Origin: a virus
Taxonomy: Duplodnaviria; Caudoviricetes
Direction: 5' to 3' (one strand)
Length of the DNA: 41,838 nt
IMG/VR virus record: IMGVR_UViG_3300013829_000027
Coordinates: 1-41,838 of that record
This document shows, piece by piece, positions 1 through 9,297 of the stretch (the first letter of the stretch is position 1; each line of letters opens with the position of its first letter). The notes under the pieces were generated by a model. The model had not been told where the DNA came from and made no database searches. It worked only from the letters and a program-made list of their open reading frames with translations. Made by a program: the position numbers and the translations under genes.

Positions 1-264
1 ATGACAAAAAACAAAAATTCAAAGATTTACTCATTTCGGAAGGGATACGCTAAGGTAAAGCGAGAAGATTCCAGTAAAATTAAAGATGAAATTATGGCTG
101 CTTTAGGCTATAATCCTGAAAGTAGGTCGTCGTGGTGGAGGAGGTTGAACGGGAAACTCATTCCGGATCTCGAAGAAGCTGCAAAAATTGAAAAGATATT
201 TTCTAAGTACGGAATAACTGAAATTTGGGGACATGAACGCAAAAGCAGAACTAACAAAACGTGA
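1..264 (+). CDS. Cro-like HTH DNA-binding protein
   Basis: Small basic ORF heading the early operon; SRSSWWRRLNGKLIPDLEEAAKIEKIF resembles an XRE-type recognition helix region. Confidence 0.55.
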   Translation: MTKNKNSKIYSFRKGYAKVKREDSSKIKDEIMAALGYNPESRSSWWRRLNGKLIPDLEEAAKIEKIFSKYGITEIWGHERKSRTNKT

Positions 265-613
265 AATTCAGATCACAAAACTGATCGCCTGGGGTGCAAC
301 AAAAAAAGACGTTGCAAATAAACTTCATATTGCTTATTGCACCGTAGAGACACACGTTAAAAATATATTTTTGAAAACTGGTTGCACAAAAGCAAATGAA
401 TTATCTGCATGGTACTTCTGCACGGAATATAAAATAAGCTTTAAGCTTTCACCTTTTGCGCGGCAATCTATTGCTATAATTCTATTGGCCCTATTCACTT
501 ATGGTGAAATTACGGAAACACATGATTTTTTGAGAGCGCGCCGTTGCAGGGTAGAAACTGAAAGGACCTGCCGACAACGGGTAAGAAGAGAAGAATATCC
601 ATTAGTCTCATAA
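233..613 (+). CDS. LuxR/GerE-type HTH protein
   Basis: LTKREIQITKLIAWGATKKDVANKLHIAYCTVETHVKNIFLKTG matches the LuxR C-terminal HTH pattern. Confidence 0.85.
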   Translation: MNAKAELTKREIQITKLIAWGATKKDVANKLHIAYCTVETHVKNIFLKTGCTKANELSAWYFCTEYKISFKLSPFARQSIAIILLALFTYGEITETHDFLRARRCRVETERTCRQRVRREEYPLVS

Positions 614-615
614 TT

Positions 616-924
616 ATGCGAATGCCGATCAATCAGTTTTTTAATCGATTATTCACTGCCGATGAACAGGAACAGATCCGCTCGTTCAACAAAAAGGAAC
701 CGTTGATGACGGCCCGCAGAGCTTTTGTTCTCTTCGCTTACATGAGTGATTATCCTATTTACGACATTCAGCAATGCGTAAACCGAAACTTCCGACAAAC
801 CCGATACCTGATTGATAAAGCAGCTGAATTGTATAGTGTCCGTGACAGAGAAATAACTAGAATTATTGAAAAGTATGAAACAACATTGGGACAACCTGAT
901 AAACCAGATACAAACATTGATTGA
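616..924 (+). CDS. Hypothetical protein (possible small DNA-binding protein)
   Basis: Tightly packed ORF in the early operon. Confidence 0.6.
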   Translation: MRMPINQFFNRLFTADEQEQIRSFNKKEPLMTARRAFVLFAYMSDYPIYDIQQCVNRNFRQTRYLIDKAAELYSVRDREITRIIEKYETTLGQPDKPDTNID

Positions 925-1360
925 TTCCGATGCTGCGGTTATAAATGGTTTACGTAACAGCACGGATGTATCGAAAATAAAGAAAACGTTTCAAAAGAAC
1001 GTGAAAACACTGAGTAAACTGGTGGAGGAATTTGCCGTATTTGTGCCGGATCCCGAAGCCGATGAAGTTCAACTTCCTTTCGACAGCACGGAATTTGTGG
1101 AATCATGGAACGATTATAAGGAATTTTTATTAGGTGTCTATGGCATTGTTTTGATTCCAGTTGAAGAAAAACGTAGATTGACAAAGTTATACAGATTGTC
1201 ATCGAAAAATGAAAAAACAGCACTCGATATAATCGATTTACTTATTAATTCCAGGTACAGGAATATAAACAGTACAATCCTTCTTCAGCTTTCGGACGAT
1301 AAACCAGGCAATGAGGCAGAAACTGAAAGCAATTTCACCATAAAAAAGAATACGATATGA
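875..1360 (+). CDS. Hypothetical phage protein
   Basis: ORF 866-1360; second ATG at 875 reduces the overlap with the upstream gene. Confidence 0.65.
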   Translation: MKQHWDNLINQIQTLIDSDAAVINGLRNSTDVSKIKKTFQKNVKTLSKLVEEFAVFVPDPEADEVQLPFDSTEFVESWNDYKEFLLGVYGIVLIPVEEKRRLTKLYRLSSKNEKTALDIIDLLINSRYRNINSTILLQLSDDKPGNEAETESNFTIKKNTI

Positions 1361-1464
1361 TTAGTGATGACTGGATTGAAGTAACAATCTATGCCGGGGT
1401 AGTATTTTCCTTAATGATCTGCATAATAATCGGTATCCTGGTATTAACTGTGATTTTTGAATAA
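1357..1464 (+). CDS. Small single-pass membrane protein (35 aa, not in ORF track)
   Basis: ATGA overlap with upstream stop; MISDDWIEVTIYAGVVFSLMICIIIGILVLTVIFE; followed by a hairpin. Confidence 0.55.
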   Translation: MISDDWIEVTIYAGVVFSLMICIIIGILVLTVIFE

Positions 1465-1468
1465 CGTG

Positions 1469-1500
1469 CAGCCGTCCGCTGTGAAGTTCACGGCTGTTTT
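1469..1500 (+). terminator. Intrinsic terminator-like hairpin
   Basis: CAGCCGT...ACGGCTG stem followed by TTTT. Confidence 0.55.
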
Positions 1501-1515
1501 AAAAGCTAATTTGAT

Positions 1516-1710
1516 ATGAAACTAAATGAATTAGAATTACATCTTAATGAATTACGTCGATTAAAAGACGAGATTAAAGAATTGCAAGACAGGTTACCTG
1601 AATATCGTGAATCCGACGACGATGAAAAAGCGCTTTTCTCTTCATATGAGAGGATAACTGCACATATCTCATCAGCAATTCGAAAAGGATATGATTGCGA
1701 AGAACTCTAA
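1516..1710 (+). CDS. Hypothetical coiled-coil protein
   Basis: ORF with AT-rich leader. Confidence 0.6.
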   Translation: MKLNELELHLNELRRLKDEIKELQDRLPEYRESDDDEKALFSSYERITAHISSAIRKGYDCEEL

Positions 1711-1735
1711 ATAACAACATTTAAATAGAAATAAA

Positions 1736-2005
1736 ATGGCTATCAACTGGACTTCAACTAAAGAAGAAGACGTGCTTATCGGCAAAATTGCCGAAAGAGC
1801 AATCGAAATGGGATTGAATATTGACGAAATCGAGGTGATGATGGATATTACTGCCGTTCATCTAAACGATTGTAAGTTAGATCTCAAAAGGCTACTCGAA
1901 GCAGATGATTTCAACTTTGCACATGATGTAAACGGAATCAGAGGTTGTGTTGATGTAAACACCGGAAAATTGACAAGGGGATTTCTACCGAGGTTTGCAA
2001 AATGA
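1736..2005 (+). CDS. Conserved phage protein (resembles DUF6874 family)
   Basis: MDITAVH...LLEADDFNFAHDV.GI...TGKL...FLPRF motif, recognised from memory. Confidence 0.6.
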   Translation: MAINWTSTKEEDVLIGKIAERAIEMGLNIDEIEVMMDITAVHLNDCKLDLKRLLEADDFNFAHDVNGIRGCVDVNTGKLTRGFLPRFAK

Positions 2006-2044
2006 AAAATAGCTATATAAATTACAAATAAAAACTTTGGAGAG

Positions 2045-2896
2045 GTGAAAATAATAGTAAGTTATTCAGGAGGAAAAGACAGTCAGGCTTGTTTGATACA
2101 CGCCGTTAACAAATATGGGTGGGAAAATATAACCGCTGTTTTTTCTGACACTGGCTGGGAGCATCCGATAACGTATGAGCATGTAAAGAGCGTATGTGAG
2201 CAATTAAATGTGGAATTAATTACATTGAAAAGTAAATTTGATTTTATCAGCCTCGCTGAATACAAGAAACGTTTCCCGTCAACAAAAGCAAGGTTTTGTA
2301 CATCTGAGCTTAAAATGAAGCCGATGATTGACTATGTTCTCTCACTTGGCGATAGCTGCATTATCATACAAGGCATCAGGGCGGGGGAAAGCGCATCGAG
2401 GGCTAAAATGGACGAACAGTGCATGTATTTCAAATCCTATTTTCAGCCGAACGCTTCCGGTAGGCTTGAAAGTTATCGAAAAAAAGAAGTACAAGAGTAT
2501 TGCGGTAAGTATGATGCTTCGGTTTTGCGACCGATATTCAGATGGACTTCTCAGGATGTAATTGATTACATTCTCGACGCAGGACAAAAGCCAAATCCAT
2601 TGTACTACAAAGGATTTTCACGTGTAGGGTGTTTTCCTTGTATTATGTGTCGGCATTCGGAAGTTAGGGAATTAATGAAAGATGAATCGATGAAACAGCG
2701 TTTATTGGATGCTGAAAACAAGATAGGAAGATCCTTTTTTCCACCAGATTACATTCCTAAATACGCTTGCCAGAATGGAATATATCCAATGGTCCCAGAC
2801 GTATTCAGGTATATTTCAAATAAAAAAAACCCCGATATGTTTGAGCCGAAAGAAGGATATTCATGTATGAGCATGTTTCACGGATTATGCGAATAA
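2045..2896 (+). CDS. PAPS reductase-family (PP-loop) protein
   Basis: GTG start; SYSGGKDS PP-loop, DTGWEHP, RFCTSELK, GIRAGESASR, RVGCFPC. Confidence 0.9.
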   Translation: MKIIVSYSGGKDSQACLIHAVNKYGWENITAVFSDTGWEHPITYEHVKSVCEQLNVELITLKSKFDFISLAEYKKRFPSTKARFCTSELKMKPMIDYVLSLGDSCIIIQGIRAGESASRAKMDEQCMYFKSYFQPNASGRLESYRKKEVQEYCGKYDASVLRPIFRWTSQDVIDYILDAGQKPNPLYYKGFSRVGCFPCIMCRHSEVRELMKDESMKQRLLDAENKIGRSFFPPDYIPKYACQNGIYPMVPDVFRYISNKKNPDMFEPKEGYSCMSMFHGLCE

Positions 2897-3001
2897 GCAA
2901 CAATTAAGTGCAGTGCTTTTCACAAAACTAGATAAAATGGACGAATTATTAAAACAAGCAATTGAAATCACAATTTAAAACGTGACTTAATTATTAAAAT
3001 T

Positions 3002-3247
3002 ATGAATATAGAACAAATCATCTTCAACATTATGAAGTCAAACGCTCACACCTGGGTGCGTTATTGGCTAAGCAAAGAAATTTCAGGCTTAACAATGCCT
3101 GGCGAGTATGTGGAACTTAGAAGCAATTATTTATCTGCTGACTCTTTAAAGGAATTGTTTGAAGCCGGGTTTAAAATTCAAAAGATAACACCACAAAAGA
3201 TCAATGCTGATGTCTATTGCGATGTTCTTTTGAAACGTGAATTGTGA
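3002..3247 (+). CDS. Hypothetical protein
   Basis: ORF in the early operon. Confidence 0.6.
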   Translation: MNIEQIIFNIMKSNAHTWVRYWLSKEISGLTMPGEYVELRSNYLSADSLKELFEAGFKIQKITPQKINADVYCDVLLKREL

Positions 3248-3254
3248 AAGTATT

Positions 3255-3692
3255 ATGACAGCTGAACAATACTCGTTTGAGACAATAAAAAAACAATACA
3301 ACATGCCATTCTTAAAAATTGGCATGAATGCAATTGTGAATCGTAAGGCAGTAAGGGTAACAGGTGTTTTCAATAGTAGATTAAAGGGAAAATTAATTAA
3401 TGTAAATGACAAGGAAATATATTTCTATCCAACATGGGAAACGGCTTATTATGATGAGAGCTGGAATATAATTAGAGATTATAGATCGGAACACGAAAAA
3501 CAATTTATGAAATCAGCAGAACATTATTTGATGAGATGGCGGGATAATGAATTTGAACTACACGAGTTAATCGAGTTAGCCCAAAAAGAAGCCCGGAATG
3601 AGGCGATTGATGATATACTGAAATTAATGCATGATCACGAAGAAGAAATTTACATTGGCGTTTTTGAGGACATTGAAAAATTAAAGATATGA
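3255..3692 (+). CDS. Hypothetical phage protein
   Basis: ORF 3237-3692; ATG at 3255 follows the upstream stop. Confidence 0.6.
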   Translation: MTAEQYSFETIKKQYNMPFLKIGMNAIVNRKAVRVTGVFNSRLKGKLINVNDKEIYFYPTWETAYYDESWNIIRDYRSEHEKQFMKSAEHYLMRWRDNEFELHELIELAQKEARNEAIDDILKLMHDHEEEIYIGVFEDIEKLKI

Positions 3693-3985
3693 CGAATTTG
3701 AAGATTCAATACAAAGAAACTCACGTTTTCATAAAAGATGAAAATAGTTTCACAGCTATCGGTAAAAAACCAAACGCAAAAGGAAATTATCAGGTATTCA
3801 CCACCAAGCCTTTGAAGGCTTCAAATGCCGATGATCTTGAACGGTTGAACGATGAAATAACAGTGAAAGAAATTAACATTGAAAAAGGTTTTATTTTCAT
3901 CCGATTAAAGAAAGGTTTCAACTATAACAGCATTGTGTCAGCTATTAAAACAGCTTTATATGTCCAAGATACCCTACCCCGTTAA
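3689..3985 (+). CDS. Hypothetical protein
   Basis: ATGA-coupled to the previous ORF. Confidence 0.6.
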   Translation: MTNLKIQYKETHVFIKDENSFTAIGKKPNAKGNYQVFTTKPLKASNADDLERLNDEITVKEINIEKGFIFIRLKKGFNYNSIVSAIKTALYVQDTLPR

Positions 3986-4226
3986 ACGCCGTTATAATCT
4001 CTGTTACCGGGCCCGGAAGAAAGGTTATACAATAAAAACTGCTATTAAAACTATGCTCCGTGGGAGGAATATAGATGCAGGTTTAGAAAAGCAACTATCC
4101 GCTTATGGATTTCACGTACAACTAAACTTATTCACAAATGGAAGAATTAAAAAAACAACTCCGACAAAATTACGCCAACTTTGCCTATTTCATGAAAGAA
4201 CAAGGCCCGCATCAACTAATGGTTAA
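3960..4226 (+). CDS. Hypothetical basic protein
   Basis: Fills the gap between neighbours; overlaps the next ORF by about 90 nt. Confidence 0.45.
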   Translation: MSKIPYPVKRRYNLCYRARKKGYTIKTAIKTMLRGRNIDAGLEKQLSAYGFHVQLNLFTNGRIKKTTPTKLRQLCLFHERTRPASTNG

Positions 4227-4686
4227 CTACGAAGACGTGCACCGTATTGCCGACGTATTCACCAAAACACCGGTAACGCTACAGCTCCTTTCAGAGACTT
4301 TTTCTGCAGACGGAAACCAAACATTGGCATTAACCTACATGCGCGGATGGCTCTTATTCCTGAACGATTTTCTGAACATAAACAAAGGCATTCCGGCAGC
4401 TATAACAGATCAGTTGGCATACACCATCATCACCCGCCACAGATGGATTACGCTTGCCGATCTTAAGCTCATTTTCGATTTCATTCTCGAAAGCCGCTAC
4501 GGAACATTCTACGGAAGCATCGACACGCAACGCATCATCACCAGTTTTGCCGAATACGCCCGAGAACGCAAGGACGTGGAAATTAAGATGAAGGAAAAAG
4601 AAGTTGAGCAACTGAAGCAAGAAGAACGTGAATACGTTGTTCCCGATTTTTCAAAATTACCCACTTTGAAAAACCTTTTCAAATAA
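4138..4686 (+). CDS. Conserved Bacteroidales phage protein (resembles DUF6633; possibly replication-associated)
   Basis: LADLKLIFDFILESRYGTFYGSIDTQRIITSFAEY motif. Confidence 0.6.
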   Translation: MEELKKQLRQNYANFAYFMKEQGPHQLMVNYEDVHRIADVFTKTPVTLQLLSETFSADGNQTLALTYMRGWLLFLNDFLNINKGIPAAITDQLAYTIITRHRWITLADLKLIFDFILESRYGTFYGSIDTQRIITSFAEYARERKDVEIKMKEKEVEQLKQEEREYVVPDFSKLPTLKNLFK

Positions 4687-4964
4687 TGAAATTCTTCGTG
4701 TCTTTCGTGAATAATTGGGATCCATTGGGCACAAATAAAAACTATCAACTGGATAAGATGCTGAAATCATTCGATAACCATACAGTTGATTTTAACGAGA
4801 TGATAAGAGCGCTACACTTTATTCGTGAAGAATTAGACACGTTGGAACAAAATAATGTTGTTGAGACTAAAATTACCTACTATATGGGCGATAGCCAAAA
4901 ACATGTTCTAAAGTTCTCAACTAATTATTATACCGGATATTTAATGTTTAAAAGAATTGATTAA
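4686..4964 (+). CDS. Hypothetical protein
   Basis: TAATG-coupled ORF. Confidence 0.6.
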   Translation: MKFFVSFVNNWDPLGTNKNYQLDKMLKSFDNHTVDFNEMIRALHFIREELDTLEQNNVVETKITYYMGDSQKHVLKFSTNYYTGYLMFKRID

Positions 4965-4969
4965 TTAAA

Positions 4970-5455
4970 ATGAGAGGAATTTGCTTTATAGAACCGCTTT
5001 TTAAAGATACTGCTTCCGGACGGAAAATAGTAACACGCCGGATGAATGATCTGTACAATGTTGGCGAAGTGCTTTTTCTAAAAGAACCCTACAGGATAGA
5101 ACCAGACAACGTGATAAAATATAAGTTCTCCAGCTTGCAGCCAGACAAGGAGAAATGGAGCAACAAACTGTTTATGAAAGCCGATTATGCCAGGTATTTT
5201 ATAAAAATCACTGATAAACGCAGGGAACATTTACAGGAGATATCTGAAGAAGATTGCATTTTAGAAGGTGTCAGAGAGGGTAAGTGTGGCAATGAATTAA
5301 AATGGATGAAGGCATTTTATGCTCCTGGAGATAATCAACCATATTTAACCGCAAGAAGTGCCTTTGAAGAGTTAATTAATAGGATTAACGGCCCGGGAAC
5401 TTGGGAAAACAATCCCGTTGTGACTCGATACGAATTTAAATTAGTTGACTTTTGA
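4970..5455 (+). CDS. ASCH/PUA-like phage protein
   Basis: GRKIVTRR, GEVLFLKE, EHLQEISEEDCILEG, WENNPVV motifs. Confidence 0.7.
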   Translation: MRGICFIEPLFKDTASGRKIVTRRMNDLYNVGEVLFLKEPYRIEPDNVIKYKFSSLQPDKEKWSNKLFMKADYARYFIKITDKRREHLQEISEEDCILEGVREGKCGNELKWMKAFYAPGDNQPYLTARSAFEELINRINGPGTWENNPVVTRYEFKLVDF

Positions 5456-5490
5456 AAACGCGCATTGAAATTGAAAGTTATACTAAAACA

Positions 5491-5527
5491 AACAGCTTCC
5501 GCAGCGATGCGCGGGCTGTTATTTTTA
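5491..5527 (+). terminator. Terminator-like hairpin
   Basis: AACAGCT...GGCTGTT stem with GCGA loop, then ATTTTT. Confidence 0.45.
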
Positions 5528-5572
5528 ATTTAAAATTATGAGTGGTAATAAAAACATTATTTTGAATAAAAT

Positions 5573-6829
5573 ATGACCCAAATTAAACTTCCTGAGATTG
5601 CGTCAAACACACTGGAGTATATTGACGATCGCATTCAAGACATTGTAGACACCATTAACCAGGCGTTTATCGTACGAACCTCCGTGTTGGATCCGTCCAA
5701 GTTTAGCATCGAAAGTCGTGATAAAAACCGGTACAAGTTTCCGCCAACTGCAGACACATTATATCTGTACCTGAAAGGTATTGGAAAAACAATTTCCAGA
5801 ACAGATCTCCGCATCATTCTCCGTGAACCTAACTGGTTTGAGCAGGAAAACCCGGTGTTAGACTATTTCAACGCCATCCGTGGCACGTACAAAGGCGAAA
5901 GCCACATCGACAAGCTGTGTGAACATATTACGCCGCGCGTGTTTGACAGAGAACCGGAGTACTACCAGGAACGCATGAACACGCTCATACGAAAATGGAT
6001 GGTGGCTACCGTGGCGCAATGGAAAGACAACATCCCCAATAGCGTTTCGCTTGGATTCATCGGAATGCAGGAACACATAGGAAAAACATTCTTAACCCGC
6101 TTTTTTCTTCCGGAAGAATTGGAGTCCTACTATGTTCAGCCCGAGAATGACAGCAAGTTTTCGTTGTCAGATCTGTTCACACGCTATTTAATTGTTTGTT
6201 TTGATGATATGGTCGGAATAAACCGAGGAACGGCACGCATTGAAGAATTCAAAAAACACACCCGGTCACCCAAAATTCTGGTCCAACGGCGCAACGATGA
6301 ATTCCCCATCGAGAGGTCCCGCATAGCGGCCACCATGTTCACGGCCAACCGCACGGCAGAAATGGGCGGATTCCTGACGCTAAACCACGGTACGAGTAGA
6401 TACGGAACAATTGAGGTTGATAGGATCGATAAACGATACTCTCAGCGTGTTAAAGTAGATCAGATGTGGGCCGAAGCGTTACTCTTGTATGAAGAGACAG
6501 AGTTTAACGCAGAATTCAGTGACGAAGAGATTCAGGAACTCCAGGAGTATAACGAACGCTACCAGGTCCAGACAGACGAAGCCAAATACGTAAACCTATA
6601 CATTCTCCAACCCGAAGACGAAGACGACCCGGAGGCCGGCTGGTACACTGCCAGTGATATTATTAATCACTTGAGAAAGAACCGAAAGATTATTTCAGCG
6701 GACGCGGCGAAAATTACCCCCACCAAAATGGGTTCAGCAATGACTGCAGCAGGATTCAGAAACCAATCAAAGCGTATACCGAACAAGATCTATCCCCAGT
6801 ACAGATATTTTATAAAGTTTAATTTTTAA
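5573..6829 (+). CDS. VapE (virulence-associated E)-like P-loop ATPase / replicative helicase
   Basis: NPVLDYF, IRKWMVATVA, Walker A-like GMQEHIGKT, Walker B IVCFDD, QMWAEA; C-terminal winged-helix-like tail. Confidence 0.8.
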   Translation: MTQIKLPEIASNTLEYIDDRIQDIVDTINQAFIVRTSVLDPSKFSIESRDKNRYKFPPTADTLYLYLKGIGKTISRTDLRIILREPNWFEQENPVLDYFNAIRGTYKGESHIDKLCEHITPRVFDREPEYYQERMNTLIRKWMVATVAQWKDNIPNSVSLGFIGMQEHIGKTFLTRFFLPEELESYYVQPENDSKFSLSDLFTRYLIVCFDDMVGINRGTARIEEFKKHTRSPKILVQRRNDEFPIERSRIAATMFTANRTAEMGGFLTLNHGTSRYGTIEVDRIDKRYSQRVKVDQMWAEALLLYEETEFNAEFSDEEIQELQEYNERYQVQTDEAKYVNLYILQPEDEDDPEAGWYTASDIINHLRKNRKIISADAAKITPTKMGSAMTAAGFRNQSKRIPNKIYPQYRYFIKFNF

Positions 6830-6959
6830 TGCATGTATGATATGGATGCATATGGGTACATGACATACACGAAAATATATAACTATTTATATATCAATAT
6901 ATTAACTATCTTATATATTTTTTTTGTGTATATAAATATTTTTTCTTCCGAGAAACGTC

Positions 6960-7135
6960 GCTACCTACTACAAACAAGTGTCAAATGCTTATCAGTATTT
7001 AATTTGCATATGTAGTAACCTGTTTTAATAAGTTACTACAAAGTTACTACAAATAGTTGTTATAAAATTTGCTTAATACAACATAAATACATATCTTTCA
7101 GTATGTTAATGCAAATGTAGCGTGTAGTAAGGATA
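6960..7135. repeat. Iteron-like TACTACA repeats in an AT-rich tract; candidate replication origin
   Basis: TACTACA at 6966, 7034 and 7045 (+); TGTAGTA at 7011 and 7123 (inverted); directly after the VapE gene. Confidence 0.6.
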
Positions 7136-7177
7136 AATTATCTTTTGAAATTATTTTTAATCAAAATTTGAAATTTT

Positions 7178-7633
7178 ATGAGTGATTTTTGTATTTACCT
7201 AAAAGTTGAACCATACTTGGAACATTTCCTGAAAACGGCTTTCGGGGATCCTGTATGTGTTGATAGGGATAGCCCGGAAGCCAGAATTATTAGAGAATTT
7301 ATCACAAAAACGCCAGACGGATCGTCTCCAGACCTTGGTAAAGATGCAAATTTGAGCGTTACAATTCCGTATTTTAAGGAAGTTGATCCCCGAGTTTATA
7401 ATTACATGGGCGAACGGGCGAAAATTGCCCTAGTGGATAGTTTTGATCATCTGCTTAAATCTTGTTTAATGAAAGAGCTAGGTACATTGGAAAATACCAG
7501 GCGTGGTGAGATATCAAAACAAATTTATGCGTGGATGGAAAAACACAATATTCCGGAGGAAAACTGGTACACAATTTCTCAGAAATTTTACCGTCTTAGA
7601 AAGAAATATTTAAAAAACGGCATTAAACTATAA
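7178..7633 (+). CDS. Conserved hypothetical protein; candidate late transcription regulator
   Basis: Sits between replication and structural genes; basic helical C-terminus ISQKFYRLRKKY. Confidence 0.45.
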   Translation: MSDFCIYLKVEPYLEHFLKTAFGDPVCVDRDSPEARIIREFITKTPDGSSPDLGKDANLSVTIPYFKEVDPRVYNYMGERAKIALVDSFDHLLKSCLMKELGTLENTRRGEISKQIYAWMEKHNIPEENWYTISQKFYRLRKKYLKNGIKL

Positions 7634-7705
7634 AATATCTTTCGACTTCAACCCGCTAAATAAAACAACTGAAAATCTGCGAAATAACTAAAATATTTAA
7701 AATAT

Positions 7706-8149
7706 ATGAACACTAATTTTTTACCCGGAATTAAAAAAGTGGGTTATTGTAAATCAGCAAATCTTCAACCCGACATTGTGGATTTTATCGATCCTCAAAA
7801 AACTCTTAAAGTATACGGAAAATTTATCGATGTTCCAATTGTTGAGAGTGGTACAGTTAGCGTGAAAAACGATATAGTGAAAGGTGTGAATATTTATACC
7901 GTGAAATTCAAATTCATTATATGTGGTGATGATGATTATGCAAAGAGTGTTTGTAATCTGCTTTCGAAAAATGATAATGTTTTCCGGTTAACTACGGTTA
8001 ATAATAAAAATTTGTTGGTTGGTACACATCAAAAACCAAATCCTGTCGTTTCAGAAACGTACCTGAACGAAGATCAACCAGCCGGAAAAAGAGGTTATGA
8101 AGTGGAAATAACGTATACAAACATTCATTCTTACATTGTTTTAGAATAA
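7706..8149 (+). CDS. Hypothetical virion-associated protein (tube-like beta-rich)
   Basis: LPGIK near the N-terminus resembles LPGIR in 10278-10859; precedes the head genes. Confidence 0.45.
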   Translation: MNTNFLPGIKKVGYCKSANLQPDIVDFIDPQKTLKVYGKFIDVPIVESGTVSVKNDIVKGVNIYTVKFKFIICGDDDYAKSVCNLLSKNDNVFRLTTVNNKNLLVGTHQKPNPVVSETYLNEDQPAGKRGYEVEITYTNIHSYIVLE

Positions 8150-8155
8150 TCGTCG

Positions 8156-8190
8156 GTCTTTTTCTACATCTGTTAATAGTATTAACGTTG
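8156..8190 (+). promoter_or_regulatory. Putative late promoter copy 1 (GTCTTTT-N20-TAACGTTG)
   Basis: Same spacing as five other copies; precedes the Clp protease-capsid-tube module. Confidence 0.7.
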
Positions 8191-8217
8191 CATAAATTTA
8201 AAATGCAACGTTTTTTT

Positions 8218-9270
8218 ATGGCTAAAAAATACGATATCGATATCGATTCTTTCATTGGAGACTGGAATTGTAACAAACGGAACATAAAACGTCAGTTGAA
8301 CGATCTTGGCGAGAAAGAAATTACCGTTCGTGTGAATTCTCTTGGTGGAGATGTGGATACAGCACTTGATATTGCTGCGCAATTTGAAGCTCATGGACAG
8401 ATCGTTTGCGATTTATATGCATTCAATGCTTCTGCGGCAACAATTCTTACCATGGGTGCAAAAAAAGTAAGAATGCATGAAAATGGCATGTACCTTATTC
8501 ATAAAGCCATGATTTGGGTTGACGAATTCGGACATATGAACGAGGACGATCTGGATATTATTATCGAAAAATTGAAAGTTAAACAACAGGATAGTGCCAT
8601 CGTTACATTGAATATAGCGAAAATGTATGCCAAGAAAACGGGAAAATCGATTCAGAAAATATTAAATCTGATGAAAGAGGGCCGTTGGCTTAATGCTGAC
8701 ACTGCAAAAGAATGGGGGTTCATCGATGAGATTTTCTCTGGTTCTATTCCTGCCAAAAAAGAAATAGGTATGGTAGAGATGCTTAATTTTGCCGACCTAC
8801 CTATCCCGGAAAACTTTATTGATGAAGAAACTTCTGAAAACGAGGATCAGAACGATAAATTGATGAAAAATATTCTCAATTTTTTTAGAAATATTTATTC
8901 AAACCATAAACCAGAAAATCAAATGAACAAAACGATGATTCAGGCAGCCCTAGTGCTGGCCATTCTCAATTTGGAAAACTTGGAAGCAACTGACGGGAAT
9001 GTTTCGTTGACTTCAGACCAAATTACTGAGATCGAAAATGCCATTAATGGCAAAAACAGCGAGATCGACACGCTAAAACAACAGCTTGCCGAAAAAGAAA
9101 CCGAAATAGCCAATTTAAACGCCGAGATTGAGAATAAAAAGAAGGCACCTGGCGACACTACGAACAACGTGCCAAAGAAAAACGATGAAGTGGTAGAAAA
9201 AGATGAAGTGAAAACTTTCGATAATTCTATTGTTGAATCGGCAAAAGAGTTGTACAACTCCATCCCGTAA
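8218..9270 (+). CDS. ClpP-like prohead protease with C-terminal coiled-coil scaffold
   Basis: VNSLGGDV, NASAATI (Ser), LIHKA (His), WLNADTAKEWGFIDEI; the TTG at 8188 lies inside the promoter, so ATG 8218 (or 8203) is preferred. Confidence 0.9.
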   Translation: MAKKYDIDIDSFIGDWNCNKRNIKRQLNDLGEKEITVRVNSLGGDVDTALDIAAQFEAHGQIVCDLYAFNASAATILTMGAKKVRMHENGMYLIHKAMIWVDEFGHMNEDDLDIIIEKLKVKQQDSAIVTLNIAKMYAKKTGKSIQKILNLMKEGRWLNADTAKEWGFIDEIFSGSIPAKKEIGMVEMLNFADLPIPENFIDEETSENEDQNDKLMKNILNFFRNIYSNHKPENQMNKTMIQAALVLAILNLENLEATDGNVSLTSDQITEIENAINGKNSEIDTLKQQLAEKETEIANLNAEIENKKKAPGDTTNNVPKKNDEVVEKDEVKTFDNSIVESAKELYNSIP

Positions 9271-9297
9271 AAAACGAAATTTTTAAATATTTTTTAA

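Noticed and set aside
6833-7015. 60-aa ORF
   Set aside because: Low-complexity Y/I/N translation of an AT-rich origin-like tract
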